From Alphaproteobacteria bacterium (GTDB taxonomy: Bacteria > Pseudomonadota > Alphaproteobacteria > GCA-2731375), in contig CBDDBZ010000030.1 of NCBI GenBank assembly GCA_965225945.1, positions 32,001 to 96,000 on the forward strand: a DNA stretch of 64,000 nt, in the 5' to 3' direction. Below are positions 9,895 through 20,005 of this stretch, piece after piece. Under the pieces are notes generated by a model, which did not search any database, was not told the origin of the DNA, and saw nothing but the letters and a program-made list of their open reading frames with translations. How positions within the stretch are numbered: position 1 is the stretch's first letter; every line of letters starts with the position of its first letter. Both the position numbers and the translations under genes were made by a program.

Positions 9895-10449
9895 TCAGTT
9901 GCCGGCCTTGATTAGGCGGCCCTTGGCGCTGCGGACGGTGGTGCCGTCGACGATGCGGAGAAATTCCAGCTTCATGAAGCCGCCGGTGAGCGTGCGGCGA
10001 TAGACCTGTAGCTCCGCTCGCCCGTCGGCGGCGATCTGCATCACGTTCACCACCAGGGTCTGGCCGTCGATATAAGCCCAGGCGTAGGCGCCGTCGTCGA
10101 GCAACGGATCGCGCGACGGCCCGGCCCGCCAGACGCCGGCACGGACCGGCTGGAAGTCGAGGGTGGTCTCCTTCAGGACCTCGGTCGGGTTGCTCGGGTC
10201 GCCCTTTTGGCGCTGCACGGTACGCCAGGCGAGGGTGAAGCCGCCGCCCGACGATCGGACCTCGACGCCGATGTCGCGCGCCGTCAACTGGAAGTTGACG
10301 CTGATCCGGCTTTCGGAGATGGCGTTGCCTTGCCACGTGCCGAAGAAGGCGGCGATCGGCGCTGGTGCCGCCATCGCCTGGCCGGCCCCACCGGCGACGA
10401 GGCCGAGAATGACGACGAGCGCCACCGCGCCCTGGTTCCGGGTCCGCAT
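9895..10449 (-). CDS. Hypothetical exported protein
   Basis: Signal-peptide-like N-terminus (ending AMA), beta-rich mature region, host-like codon usage. Confidence 0.75.
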   Translation of the reverse strand: MRTRNQGAVALVVILGLVAGGAGQAMAAPAPIAAFFGTWQGNAISESRISVNFQLTARDIGVEVRSSGGGFTLAWRTVQRQKGDPSNPTEVLKETTLDFQPVRAGVWRAGPSRDPLLDDGAYAWAYIDGQTLVVNVMQIAADGRAELQVYRRTLTGGFMKLEFLRIVDGTTVRSAKGRLIKAGN

Positions 10450-10497
10450 CCGTTCTCTCCCTGAAAATCGAGCCCGCAGTGTAGCCAAGCGCCGGCG

Positions 10498-11352
10498 TCA
10501 GGGCCAGGCGACGTCGGGCGGCAGCGACATCAGGATCGCCTCGGCGTTGCCGTCGGTCCGCAGGCCGAAGCGCGTGCCCCGGTCGTAAAGCAGATTGAAC
10601 TCGACGTAGCGACCGCGACGGAAGCGTTGATGGGCCCGCTCCTCGGCGCTCCAGCTCCGTTCCATGTGGCGGCGGACCAGCACGGGATAGACCTCTTGGA
10701 AGGCCCGCCCGACGTCGCGGGTGAAGGCGAAGTCCGCCTCCCAGTCGCCGCTGTCGAGATCGTCGTAGAAGATACCGCCCACGCCGCGCGGCTCGTCGCG
10801 GTGCGGCAACCAAAAATATTCGTCGCACCACTTGGAGAATCGAACGTAGTAGTCGGCGCCGTGCGCGTCGCAGGCGGCGCGAAGGCTTGCGTGGAAGCGG
10901 GCGGTGTCGCCGTCGTCGGGGGTGATCGGGTTCAGATCGGCGGCGCCGCCGAACCACGATTTGGTGGTGACGATATGGCGCGTGTTCAGGTGCGCCGGCG
11001 GCACGTGCGGCGAGCGGGGATGCATCACCACGCTGATGCCGCTGGCCCAGAAGCGGGCATCCGCCTCGGCCCCTGGAATCTCCTTGGCGAAGGGTTCCGA
11101 GAAGACGCCATGGACGGTCGAGATGTTCACACCCGCCTTCTCGAAGACCCGGCCATGCAGCATCGACATCTCGCCGCCGCCGCCGCCCTCCCGCGACCAG
11201 GCCTCGGCTTCGAAGATGCCCGGCGCCAGCCGCTCGGCCTCGGGCACCGCGTAGTCGCGCTCGATTTCCTCGAAGCTCGCCACCAGATCGTCGCGAAGCT
11301 CGCGAAACCAGCTCCGGGCCGCCTTCTGGCGCGGGGTTTCCTCGGGTTCCAT
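10498..11352 (-). CDS. hemF: Oxygen-dependent coproporphyrinogen III oxidase
   Basis: VFEKAGVN, WFGG, RGVGGIFYD, RRGRYVEFNLLYDRGTRFGL. Confidence 0.97.
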   Translation of the reverse strand: MEPEETPRQKAARSWFRELRDDLVASFEEIERDYAVPEAERLAPGIFEAEAWSREGGGGGEMSMLHGRVFEKAGVNISTVHGVFSEPFAKEIPGAEADARFWASGISVVMHPRSPHVPPAHLNTRHIVTTKSWFGGAADLNPITPDDGDTARFHASLRAACDAHGADYYVRFSKWCDEYFWLPHRDEPRGVGGIFYDDLDSGDWEADFAFTRDVGRAFQEVYPVLVRRHMERSWSAEERAHQRFRRGRYVEFNLLYDRGTRFGLRTDGNAEAILMSLPPDVAWP

Positions 11353-11834
11353 CACGACCTCCTATTCCCCCCCTCCGCCGGCGGAAAGCCGCCGGTCCGA
11401 CGCAACGCCTCGCCCAGCACCATGGCGGCCGCCACCACCACGTTGAGCGAACGCGCGCCCGGCCGCATCGGCACCCGGAGACGGGCATCCGCCGCCTCGT
11501 GCACGGCCGCCGGCACGCCCGAGCTCTCGCGGCCCAGCAGCAGGACGTCGCCGCGCGCGAAGGCGAAGCCCATGTAGATATCACTGGCACGGGTCGTCAA
11601 CAGGACGATTCGTCCCACCCTCCCCGCCCGCGCCGCCCGGAAGGCCTCCCAGTCGGCATGGCGGACGATCTCGGCCAAGGGCGCATAGTCCATCGCCGCC
11701 CGCCTCAGCTCGCGCTCGGTGAAGACGAAGCCGGCGGGCTCGATGACGTCGAGCGGTACGCCCAGGCAGGCGGCCAAACGGATCAGACCGCCGGTGTTTC
11801 CGGGAATGTCGGGTTGATAGAGCGCCAAGCGCAT
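11352..11834 (-). CDS. trmL: tRNA (cytidine/uridine-34 2'-O)-methyltransferase
   Basis: LYQPDIPGNTG, LRRAAMDY, GRESSG, RSLNV SPOUT motifs. Confidence 0.92.
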   Translation of the reverse strand: MRLALYQPDIPGNTGGLIRLAACLGVPLDVIEPAGFVFTERELRRAAMDYAPLAEIVRHADWEAFRAARAGRVGRIVLLTTRASDIYMGFAFARGDVLLLGRESSGVPAAVHEAADARLRVPMRPGARSLNVVVAAAMVLGEALRRTGGFPPAEGGNRRS

Positions 11835-11999
11835 TTCGTCCCTTACCTTTCACCCATGGCCAGCCGGTCGGCGGCATCGATCGGGCTCGGCACGCGCTGC
11901 GTCATCGCGTCGCAGCACGGGCGTCGGGTAGACAAATCCTTGGCAGCATGACAAATAAACCCGCCTGAGGATCCATGCAGGACATCTGGGGGTGTGATC

Positions 12000-12518
12000 A
12001 TGGCGGATGATGGCGTCACGCGCCGCGACTTCATCTATGTCGCCGCCGTCGGGATGGGCGCGGTCGGCACCGGGCTCGCGGTCTGGCCGTTCGTGCATCA
12101 GATGAACCCGTCGCAGGACGTGCTTGCACTGTCCTCGATCGAGGTCGACATCTCAGGCATCGAGGTGGGGCAGGCGATCAAGCCGAAATGGCGAGGCAAG
12201 CCGGTCTTCATCCGCCGCCGCACCAAGAAGGAGATCGAGCAGGCCCGCGCCGTGCCGCTCGCCGACCTCCCCGATCCCGAGAGCGACCAGGACCGGGTCA
12301 AGAAGGACCGCGACGAATGGCTGGTACTGATCGGCGTCTGCACGCATTTCGGCTGCATACCCCTGGGCCAGCAGGGTGAGTACGGCGGCTGGTTCTGCCC
12401 CTGCCACGGCTCGCACTACGACACCTCCGGGCGGATCCGCAAGGGACCGGCGCCGCGCAACCTCGACGTGCCGCCATACCGGTTCAGCGAGGACGGCACC
12501 ACGATCTTGATCGGCTAG
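12000..12518 (+). CDS. petA: Ubiquinol-cytochrome c reductase Rieske subunit
   Basis: Tat motif TRRDFI; CTHFGC and CPCHGS. Confidence 0.97.
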   Translation: MADDGVTRRDFIYVAAVGMGAVGTGLAVWPFVHQMNPSQDVLALSSIEVDISGIEVGQAIKPKWRGKPVFIRRRTKKEIEQARAVPLADLPDPESDQDRVKKDRDEWLVLIGVCTHFGCIPLGQQGEYGGWFCPCHGSHYDTSGRIRKGPAPRNLDVPPYRFSEDGTTILIG

Positions 12519-12532
12519 GGAGACGCCGGCGC

Positions 12533-13777
12533 ATGCCCTTGTTCAACAACGACAATCCGGTCGTGAAGTGGATCGAGTACCGATTGCCGGTGTTCAGCTT
12601 CGTCGACGCCCACCTGATCGACTATCCGACCCCGAAGAACCTCAACTACTGGTACAACTTCGGCTCCATCGCCGGCATCATGCTGGTGGTGCAGATGGCC
12701 ACCGGGATCGTGCTGGCGATGCACTACCAGCCGCACGCCGATCTGGCCTTCGATTCCGTCGAGCACATCATGCGCGACGTGAACTACGGCTGGCTGATCC
12801 GCTACATGCACTCCAACGGCGCCTCGATGTTCTTCATCGCGGTCTACATCCATCTCTTCCGCGGGCTCTACTATGGCTCTTACAAGGCGCCGCGCGAGAT
12901 CCTCTGGTGGATGGGCATCGTCATCCTTTTTCTGATGATGGGGAGCGCCTTCATGGGCTACGTGCTGCCCTGGGGACAGATGAGCTTCTGGGGCGCCACC
13001 GTGATCACCAGCCTGTTCTCTGCCCTGCCGCTGGTCGGCGAGCAGATCGTGACCTGGCTGTGGGGCGGCTTCTCGATCGACAACCCGACGCTCAACCGCT
13101 TCTACAGCCTGCATTACCTGTTTCCCTTCGTGCTCTGCGGCGCGGTCTTCGTGCACCTGTGGGCGCTGCATCACCGCAAGTCGAACAACCCCACGGGCCT
13201 CGACATCAAGGGCCCCCAGGACACCATTCCCTTCCACCCCTACTACACGGTGAAAGACATCTACGGGATCGCCGTCTTCGGCATCTTCTTCAGCGTCTTC
13301 CTGTTCTTCATGCCGAACGCGCTGGGCGAGGTTGACAACTACATTAAGGCCGACCCGCTCTCGACGCCGGCCCATATCGTGCCGGAGTGGTACTTCCTGC
13401 CGTTCTACGCGATCCTCCGCTCGATCCCGCAAAAGCTGCTGGGCGTGATCGCCATGGGCGCCTCGCTGATGGTCCTCTTCGTGCTGCCCTGGCTCGATAC
13501 CAGCGGGGTCCGTTCGGCCACCTTCCGCCCGGTCTACAAGCAGCTCTTCTGGATCTTCTTCGTCACCTGCATCGTGCTGGGCGTGGTCGGCGCCAACCCG
13601 GCGGAGGGCATCTGGCTGGTGATCGGCCGGATCTTCACCGCCATCTACTTCCTGTTCTTCCTCGTCCTGCCGATCGTCGGCTGGCTCGAGCGGCCGAGAC
13701 CCTTGCCGGCGGGCATCGCCGAATCGGTGCTGGCGAATTCCGGTGGCGGCGAGGCCCTGAGCGAGGGGAGGGCATGA
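12533..13777 (+). CDS. petB: Cytochrome b
   Basis: WNFGS-like, [22 protein letters not shown]. Confidence 0.98.
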   Translation: MPLFNNDNPVVKWIEYRLPVFSFVDAHLIDYPTPKNLNYWYNFGSIAGIMLVVQMATGIVLAMHYQPHADLAFDSVEHIMRDVNYGWLIRYMHSNGASMFFIAVYIHLFRGLYYGSYKAPREILWWMGIVILFLMMGSAFMGYVLPWGQMSFWGATVITSLFSALPLVGEQIVTWLWGGFSIDNPTLNRFYSLHYLFPFVLCGAVFVHLWALHHRKSNNPTGLDIKGPQDTIPFHPYYTVKDIYGIAVFGIFFSVFLFFMPNALGEVDNYIKADPLSTPAHIVPEWYFLPFYAILRSIPQKLLGVIAMGASLMVLFVLPWLDTSGVRSATFRPVYKQLFWIFFVTCIVLGVVGANPAEGIWLVIGRIFTAIYFLFFLVLPIVGWLERPRPLPAGIAESVLANSGGGEALSEGRA

Positions 13778-14544
13778 TGGGCAGGTTCGGATTGTTCTTG
13801 GCCGCCGTTGGCCTGATGCTCGCGGGCGCGACCTCGGCCCCGGCCGCCGTCGAGTCACCGCCGCTCAGGAAGGCCGAACTGGCCCACATGAACCCCTTCG
13901 CCAGCTACGACCTGGCGGCGGTGCAACGCGGCTTCCAGGTCTATAACGAGGTCTGCGCAGCCTGCCACTCGGTGCAGTACCTCTACTACCGCAACCTCGG
14001 CGAGATCGGGCTTTCGGAAGCCGAGGTGAAGGCCATCGCCGCCGAGGCGACGGTGATGAACGAAGAAGCCAATGAGGACGGGGAGATGTTCGAGCGGCCG
14101 GGCAAGCCCTCGGACCGCATCGTCAAGCCGTTCGAGAACGATGCCGCGGCCCGGGCCGCCAACGGCGGCGCCCTGCCGCCGGACCTCTCGTTGATGGTCA
14201 AGGCCCGCAAGGGGCATGAGGACTACGTCTTTTCGCTCCTCACCGGCTACGCCGATCCACCGGCCGATCTCGAGATACGGGAGGGGATGAGCCACAATCC
14301 GTACTTCTCCGGTGGAATGATCGCCATGGCGCCGCCGTTGAGCGAGGACGCGGTCGAATACGCCGACGGCACCAAGGCGACGGTGGATCAGATGGCGCGC
14401 GATGTCGTCACTTTCCTCGCCTGGGCCTCCGAGCCGACCTTGGTCGAGCGGCGCCAGATGGGCACCAAGGTGATCATCTTCCTGGTGATCTTCTCGGCTC
14501 TGATGTACGCGGTGAAGCGCAAGGTCTGGGCCGACGTTCACTAG
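13774..14544 (+). CDS. petC: Cytochrome c1
   Basis: [16 protein letters not shown] heme motif, PPDLSL, IAMAPPL, C-terminal TM. Confidence 0.97.
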   Translation: MMGRFGLFLAAVGLMLAGATSAPAAVESPPLRKAELAHMNPFASYDLAAVQRGFQVYNEVCAACHSVQYLYYRNLGEIGLSEAEVKAIAAEATVMNEEANEDGEMFERPGKPSDRIVKPFENDAAARAANGGALPPDLSLMVKARKGHEDYVFSLLTGYADPPADLEIREGMSHNPYFSGGMIAMAPPLSEDAVEYADGTKATVDQMARDVVTFLAWASEPTLVERRQMGTKVIIFLVIFSALMYAVKRKVWADVH

Positions 14545-14580
14545 GGGATTTCACCCCCCGATGGGGTCGGGCGCCCGGGC

Positions 14581-15162
14581 ATGATCCGCCCGCTCTACGA
14601 CTGGACGTTCCGGCTCGCCGGCCATCGCCGCGCGAGCTGGGCGCTGGTCGCCATCGCCGTGGCCGAAAGCTCGGTCTTCCCGATCCCGCCCGATCTGCTG
14701 CTGATACCGATGGTGTTGGCGGATCGTGCCCGGGCCTGGTGGCTGGCGACGATCTGCACCGTCTCATCGGTGCTGGGCGGCCTCGGCGGCTACTACATCG
14801 GCGCCTTCCTGTTCGAGGCGGTGGCCAAGCCGCTGCTCGAGTTCTATGGCCACGGCGCCGCCTTCGACGAGTTTCGCGCGCTGTACGGCGAGCACGGCGC
14901 CTGGGTAGTCTTCACTGCCGGGGTGACGCCCTTCCCTTACAAGGTCATCACCATCACCAGCGGCGTGGTGGCGCTGTCGCTGCCGACCTTCATCATCGCC
15001 TCGATCGTGGCCCGGGGGCTCCGTTTCTTCATCGTCGCGGGGCTCCTCTGGTGGTTCGGACCGCCCATTCGCGATTTCATCGAGAAGCGCCTGGGCCTGG
15101 TGTTCGTGGTCCTGTTGATCCTGCTCATCGGCGGCTTCGTGGCGGTCGAATGGCTCCTCTGA
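14581..15162 (+). CDS. YqaA/DedA-family membrane protein
   Basis: AESSVFPIPPD, TPFPYKV, RGLRFF. Confidence 0.9.
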   Translation: MIRPLYDWTFRLAGHRRASWALVAIAVAESSVFPIPPDLLLIPMVLADRARAWWLATICTVSSVLGGLGGYYIGAFLFEAVAKPLLEFYGHGAAFDEFRALYGEHGAWVVFTAGVTPFPYKVITITSGVVALSLPTFIIASIVARGLRFFIVAGLLWWFGPPIRDFIEKRLGLVFVVLLILLIGGFVAVEWLL

Positions 15163-15533
15163 TAGCACTGGAGAAATCCCTCGACTCCCCCTCCCGCAGC
15201 CAATCATCGCGAAGCTACTATCCCATGGGTGGTTGCGTGGGAATGCGGCGAGCGGGGGAAGCGGCGGCTGCGGAGATCGCCATAATTCCAGATCGGCTAT
15301 TGCTTTTTGCCGCCGAGAGGCTAATTATCCCTCTGGTACGCGGTCGGTCGTGGCGACAGTCGATCGATTATTGCCTGGGCCGCTCCTCCAACCACCGGTA
15401 ACGATCCCTACGGCCCCGTCAGAACCGGCATCCATTCGCCGGGTCATCGCCAGCCCGGTTCATCGTCCCTCCGATCCACCCGACACGGTCGCTGCGGGGC
15501 GGACAAGCGAAAGCGGCGATCCGTCGCCTCGCC

Positions 15534-15565
15534 AAGCCGATCCTCCCAAAAGCCGATCCTCCCAA
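15534..15565 (+). repeat. Perfect 16-bp tandem duplication in rho leader
   Basis: AAGCCGATCCTCCCAA x2. Confidence 0.9.
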
Positions 15566-15586
15566 AGAACGTAACGGTATTTCCAA

Positions 15587-16843
15587 ATGCACCTCCAGGA
15601 ACTCAAGCGCAAAAACCCGACGGACCTGCTCTCCTATGCGGAGGAGCTGGAGGTCGAGAACGCGAGCTCGCTCAGGCGTCAGGACATGATGTTCGCGATC
15701 CTGAAGCAGCTCGCCGAAAAGAACGAGGAAATCACCGGTGGTGGCGTCCTGGAGGTTTTGCAGGACGGCTTCGGCTTCCTTCGGGCGCCGGAATCGAACT
15801 ATCTGCCGGGACCCGACGACATCTACGCCTCGCCCTCGCAGATCCGCCGCTTCGCGCTTCGCACCGGCGACACGGTCGAGGGCCAGATCCGCGCGCCGAA
15901 GGACGGCGAGCGCTATTTCGCCCTCCTCAAGGTCAACGAAATCAACTTCGAGGATCCCGAGGAGACCCGCCACAAGGTCCATTTCGACAGCCTGACACCG
16001 CTCTACCCCGACCAGCGGCTGGTGCTGGAGCGGACGGACGTGCCGGACGATGATTTGTCGGTCCGGGTCATCGACCTGACCTCGCCGATCGGCAAGGGCC
16101 AGCGAGGGCTGATCGTCTCGCCGCCCCGCACCGGCAAGACGGTGCTGTTGCAGAACATCGCCCACTCGATCAGCGCCAACCATCCCGAGGTCTTTCTGAT
16201 CGTGCTGCTGATCGACGAGCGGCCCGAGGAAGTGACCGACATGCAGCGCTCGGTCGACGGCGAGGTCATCAGCTCGACCTTCGACGAGCCGGCGCAGCGT
16301 CATGTGCAGGTGACGGAGATGGTGATCGAAAAGGCCAAGCGCCTGGTCGAGCACAAACGTGACGTGGTGATCCTGCTGGACTCGATCACCCGCCTGGCCA
16401 GGGCCTACAACACGGTGGTGCCGTCTTCCGGCAAGGTGCTGACCGGTGGCGTCGACGCCAACGCCCTGCAGCGCCCCAAGCGCTTCTTCGGCGCCGCCCG
16501 CAATATCGAGGAAGGCGGCTCCCTCACCATCATCGCCACGGCGCTGATCGACACCGGCAGCCGCATGGACGAGGTGATCTTCGAGGAGTTCAAGGGCACC
16601 GGCAATTCGGAGATCATTCTCGACCGCAAGCTCGCCGACAAGCGGACCTTTCCGGCCATGGACATCACCAAGTCGGGCACCCGCAAGGAGGAACTACTGG
16701 TCGACAAGGGCGAGCTCGCCAAGATGTGGGTGCTGCGCCGGATCCTCAATCCGATGGGCACGGTGGACGCCATCGAATTCCTGACCGACAAGCTGAAGGC
16801 GACCAAGAGCAACAAGGATTTCTTCGATTCGATGAATACCTGA
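15587..16843 (+). CDS. rho: Transcription termination factor Rho
   Basis: [47 protein letters not shown]. Confidence 0.99.
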   Translation: MHLQELKRKNPTDLLSYAEELEVENASSLRRQDMMFAILKQLAEKNEEITGGGVLEVLQDGFGFLRAPESNYLPGPDDIYASPSQIRRFALRTGDTVEGQIRAPKDGERYFALLKVNEINFEDPEETRHKVHFDSLTPLYPDQRLVLERTDVPDDDLSVRVIDLTSPIGKGQRGLIVSPPRTGKTVLLQNIAHSISANHPEVFLIVLLIDERPEEVTDMQRSVDGEVISSTFDEPAQRHVQVTEMVIEKAKRLVEHKRDVVILLDSITRLARAYNTVVPSSGKVLTGGVDANALQRPKRFFGAARNIEEGGSLTIIATALIDTGSRMDEVIFEEFKGTGNSEIILDRKLADKRTFPAMDITKSGTRKEELLVDKGELAKMWVLRRILNPMGTVDAIEFLTDKLKATKSNKDFFDSMNT

Positions 16844-16936
16844 TAGCGAGTTCCTGTTAAATTTGCTTCGCTTCGCTTCACGGGTACTTTTCACCGATCG
16901 ACACCCGAGGGACATGGCCCTCGAGGGCGCTTCCCC

Positions 16937-18184
16937 TCAGGCCGTCCGCATCAGTGCCGGCAGGTCGCCGGCCATGGCGCTCGCGCGGCGCTCGAAGAAG
17001 CGCTTCAGGGGTCCGATCCGCTGCACCGTGGCGAGGCCGAGGCCGCGGGCCAGGCGCAGGGGTCCGATATCGTTCGAAAACAACCGATTGAGCCCATCCG
17101 TCATCACCAACATGGCCAGCGCGTCGGCCCGCCGGTGGCGCTGATAGGCCTCCAGCCCCTCGGCCGCGCCGAGGTCGAGTCCGACCCGCGCCCGGTCCTT
17201 CAGGATCTCCACCAGCCAGGCGACGTCGCGATAGCCGAGATTGAGGCCCTGGCCCGCCAGGGGATGCATGGCATGCGCCGCGTCGCCCACCAGCACCAGG
17301 CGGCGGTCGATATAGCGCTCGGCATTGGAAAGGCCGAGGTGATGGCGCCACCGGGGACCGACCGGCTCGATCCGACCCAGATGATCGCCCGCGCGGTCCG
17401 CTACCTCGGAGCGGAACGCCGCGTCGTCGAGCTCGAGCATGGCCTCGGCCACGCCGGCGCGCTCGGTCCAGATCATGGAGGAGCGCCGATCCGTCATCGG
17501 CAGCAGGGCGAAGGGACCGCCGGAGAGAAAATGCTCCTTGGCGATGCCGTGGTGCGGTTCCGCGTGGCGCAGGGTGGCGACCAGCGCCGCTTGGGGATAG
17601 CGCCAGGCGAGACAATTGATCCCCGCCGCCTGGCGCAATTGCGAGCCACGCCCGTCCGCCGCCACCAATAGGGGCGCGCGGAGCACGCAGCCGTCGGCGA
17701 GCGTGAGCTCGACACCGTGAGGCCTGCGCGAGATGTCCCGGATTTCGACCGGCGCGAGCAGGCGGGCACCGTCGCTGGCCGCCACCGCGTTTTCCAACGC
17801 GGCGCGCAGATGACGGTTCTCCACCATGAAGCCGAAGGGCCGCTCGCCGACCTCGCGGTGGTCGAAATGGAGGAAGAACGGTGCCCGACCGTCGGCGACA
17901 CGGATCTCGAGGATCGGCTCGGCCACCGCTGCCAGCCCGCGCCAGACGCCGATCGCATTCAGCATGGTCTGAGTGCCGAGAGCAATGCTGGTGACCCGCC
18001 CGTCGAAGCCGCCCTCGGCGATCGCCGCCGGCGCCTGTCGCTCGACGACGATCGCTTCCAGCCCCGCCTCGGCCGCGGCCCGGGCCAGCGCCATGCCGAT
18101 CAGACCACCGCCGACGATCGCCAGATCGGCGCCGAGCACCCGCGTCGTGCCGCGTTTCGGCGCTTCGTTCGCGTTTCTGGCCAT
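16937..18184 (-). CDS. UbiH/UbiF/VisC-family FAD-dependent ubiquinone biosynthesis hydroxylase
   Basis: GGGLIG, VAADGRGS, LVGDAAHAMHPLAGQGLNLG. Confidence 0.92.
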   Translation of the reverse strand: MARNANEAPKRGTTRVLGADLAIVGGGLIGMALARAAAEAGLEAIVVERQAPAAIAEGGFDGRVTSIALGTQTMLNAIGVWRGLAAVAEPILEIRVADGRAPFFLHFDHREVGERPFGFMVENRHLRAALENAVAASDGARLLAPVEIRDISRRPHGVELTLADGCVLRAPLLVAADGRGSQLRQAAGINCLAWRYPQAALVATLRHAEPHHGIAKEHFLSGGPFALLPMTDRRSSMIWTERAGVAEAMLELDDAAFRSEVADRAGDHLGRIEPVGPRWRHHLGLSNAERYIDRRLVLVGDAAHAMHPLAGQGLNLGYRDVAWLVEILKDRARVGLDLGAAEGLEAYQRHRRADALAMLVMTDGLNRLFSNDIGPLRLARGLGLATVQRIGPLKRFFERRASAMAGDLPALMRTA

Positions 18185-18244
18185 GCGCCAGCTTCGCGCC
18201 CGCGCGCTCGCCTGTCCACCGTCGCGCAGGTCTCTTCGCGTCGC

Positions 18245-18290
18245 TGCCTATAATTCAGCACAAACCAAATTTACGCCTAACAAATGGGCA
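18245..18290 (+). promoter_or_regulatory. Tandem NtrC-like upstream activator boxes for glnK-amtB
   Basis: CGCCTAACAAATGGGCA (18274-18290, GC-N11-GC, AT-rich core) and related TGCCTATAATTCAGCA (18245-18260, N10). Confidence 0.55.
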
Positions 18291-18324
18291 CAAAGTTGTC
18301 CATGGATGCCGGTCAAATAGCGCC

Positions 18325-19506
18325 TAGTGTCCTGATCGATAAATTAATATGATTATGTCTCTATTTGTTTGCAGGAGGCGCGATTGATGGCGAGAGTGGC
18401 GGTGACGATCTCTTTGAGCGATGACGAGCGCGCCGAATTGGAGGCGCTGTCTCGTCGTCGCAAGACCTCGCAGGGGCTTGCGCGGCGGGCTCGGATCGTC
18501 TTGGCGGCGGCGGAAGGGTTGGAGAACAAGGAGATCGCCGTTCGTCTCGAGGCGAGCGCGGACACCGTGGGCAAGTGGCGTCGCCGCTATGCGGCGGAGG
18601 GCCTCGACGGTCTGTACGACGAACCCCGCCCCGGCGCGCCGCGTCAAATCGGCGATGACGCCATCGCGGAAGCGGTCCGGCTGACGCTGGAAGAGACGCC
18701 GCCGGACGCGACCCATTGGAGCCTTCGCTCGATGGCGCGGGCGAGCGGCCACGCGCCCTCGACCATTCATCGCATCTGGCGGGCCTTCGGCTTGCAGCCG
18801 CATCGCTCGGAGACCTTCAAGCTGTCGAGCGATCCCTTCTTCGTGGAGAAGGTCCGCGACATCGTCGGTCTGTATTTGGCGCCGCCGGATCGTGCCCTGG
18901 TTCTCTGTGTCGACGAAAAGAGCCAGATCCAGGCCTTGGACCGTTCCCAGCCCCTCTTGCCGATGCGCCCCGGGCAGGCGGAGCGGCGCAGCCACGACTA
19001 CAAGCGCCACGGCACGACCTCTCTCTTCGCGGCCCTCGACATCGCCACGGGAGAGATCATCGGCAAATGTTTCCCGCGCCATCGGGCCCGAGAGTTCCGC
19101 AAATTCCTCGACCTCGTCGAGGCGAACGTCCCTGGTGATCTCGACATCCACATCGTCATGGACAACTACGGGACCCACAAGACCAAGGCGATCCGCGACT
19201 GGTTCGCCAAACGGCCGCGCTGGCAGGCCCATTTCACACCCACCAGCGCCTCCTGGCTCAACCAGGTCGAGCGCTGGTTCGGGCTGCTGACCGACAAGCA
19301 GATCAGGCGCGGCGTCCATCGCTCCACCAAGGAGTTGGAGCGCACCATCCTCGACTACATCGACACGACAAACCAGAACCCCAAACCCTTCAAATGGACC
19401 AAATCCGCCGATACATCCTCGGCGCCATCCAGCGCTTCTGCCTCCGAACAATCGAAATCGCTGAACAGCAGGCGAAAATCATGCGAACTTCGGAATCGGG
19501 ACACTA
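18325..19506 (+). mobile_element. IS630-family insertion sequence (~1.18 kb)
   Basis: Ends CTAGTGTCCTGAT ... ATCGGGACACTAG form imperfect terminal inverted repeats with TA (CTAG) at both junctions; encloses a DDE transposase. Confidence 0.93.
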
Positions 19507-19507
19507 G
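18387..19507 (+). pseudogene. IS630-family transposase with 1-nt deletion near 19413 altering the C-terminus
   Basis: HTH (WSLRSMA), [30 protein letters not shown]; after WTKSAD the conserved [14 protein letters not shown] tail is in another frame, ending at the TAG in the right IS end. Confidence 0.85.
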
Positions 19508-19526
19508 ATGATAATAACGTTTGAAA

Positions 19527-19539
19527 TATCAATACGTTG
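19527..19539 (+). promoter_or_regulatory. IHF binding site
   Basis: TATCAATACGTTG matches WATCAANNNNTTR exactly, with AT-rich flank. Confidence 0.65.
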
Positions 19540-19557
19540 ACTAAGTTCATCCCGTCT

Positions 19558-19573
19558 CGGCACGGTTCTTGAA
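19558..19573 (+). promoter_or_regulatory. Sigma54 -24/-12 promoter of glnK-amtB
   Basis: CGGCACGGTTCTTGAA (GG-N10-GA variant of TGGCACG-N4-TTGC). Confidence 0.65.
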
Positions 19574-19631
19574 AAACATGAGGGGACGGCGAAGACCGGC
19601 GTCGCCAGGCGTCACGAGGGGAGAGACAGCG

Positions 19632-19979
19632 ATGAAACTCGTCACGGCCGTGATCAAGCCGTTCAAGTTGGACGACGTCCGCGAGGCCTTGACCGCGATC
19701 GGTATCCAAGGCCTGACGGTCTCGGAAGCTCGGGGCTATGGCCGCCAGGGGGGTCACACGGAAATCTATCGGGGTGCCGAATACGCCGTGAACAACCTGG
19801 CGAAAATCCGTCTCGAGGTCGCGGTGTCGGACGAGATGGTCGAGCGGGTGGTCGACGCGATCATCGCCGCCGCCCGCACCGGGCAAATCGGCGACGGCAA
19901 GATCTTCGTCCACGACCTGGGCCAGGCGGCCCGAATCCGCACCGCCGAGCGCGACCAGGACGCCCTTTCAGCCTGCTGA
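19632..19979 (+). CDS. glnK: P-II nitrogen regulatory protein
   Basis: IKPFKLDDV, HTEIYRGAEY (Tyr51), TGQIGDGKIFV; upstream of amtB. Confidence 0.93.
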   Translation: MKLVTAVIKPFKLDDVREALTAIGIQGLTVSEARGYGRQGGHTEIYRGAEYAVNNLAKIRLEVAVSDEMVERVVDAIIAAARTGQIGDGKIFVHDLGQAARIRTAERDQDALSAC

Positions 19980-20005
19980 AGCAAACAAAACGGAAAGGAA
20001 CTCCG

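Noticed and set aside
16864-16880. (GCTTC)x3 microrepeat after rho
   Set aside because: Too short to assign any function.
19400-19420. Programmed ribosomal frameshift in the IS630 transposase
   Set aside because: No slippery A-run, and the site lies after the DDE domain rather than between the HTH and catalytic parts.
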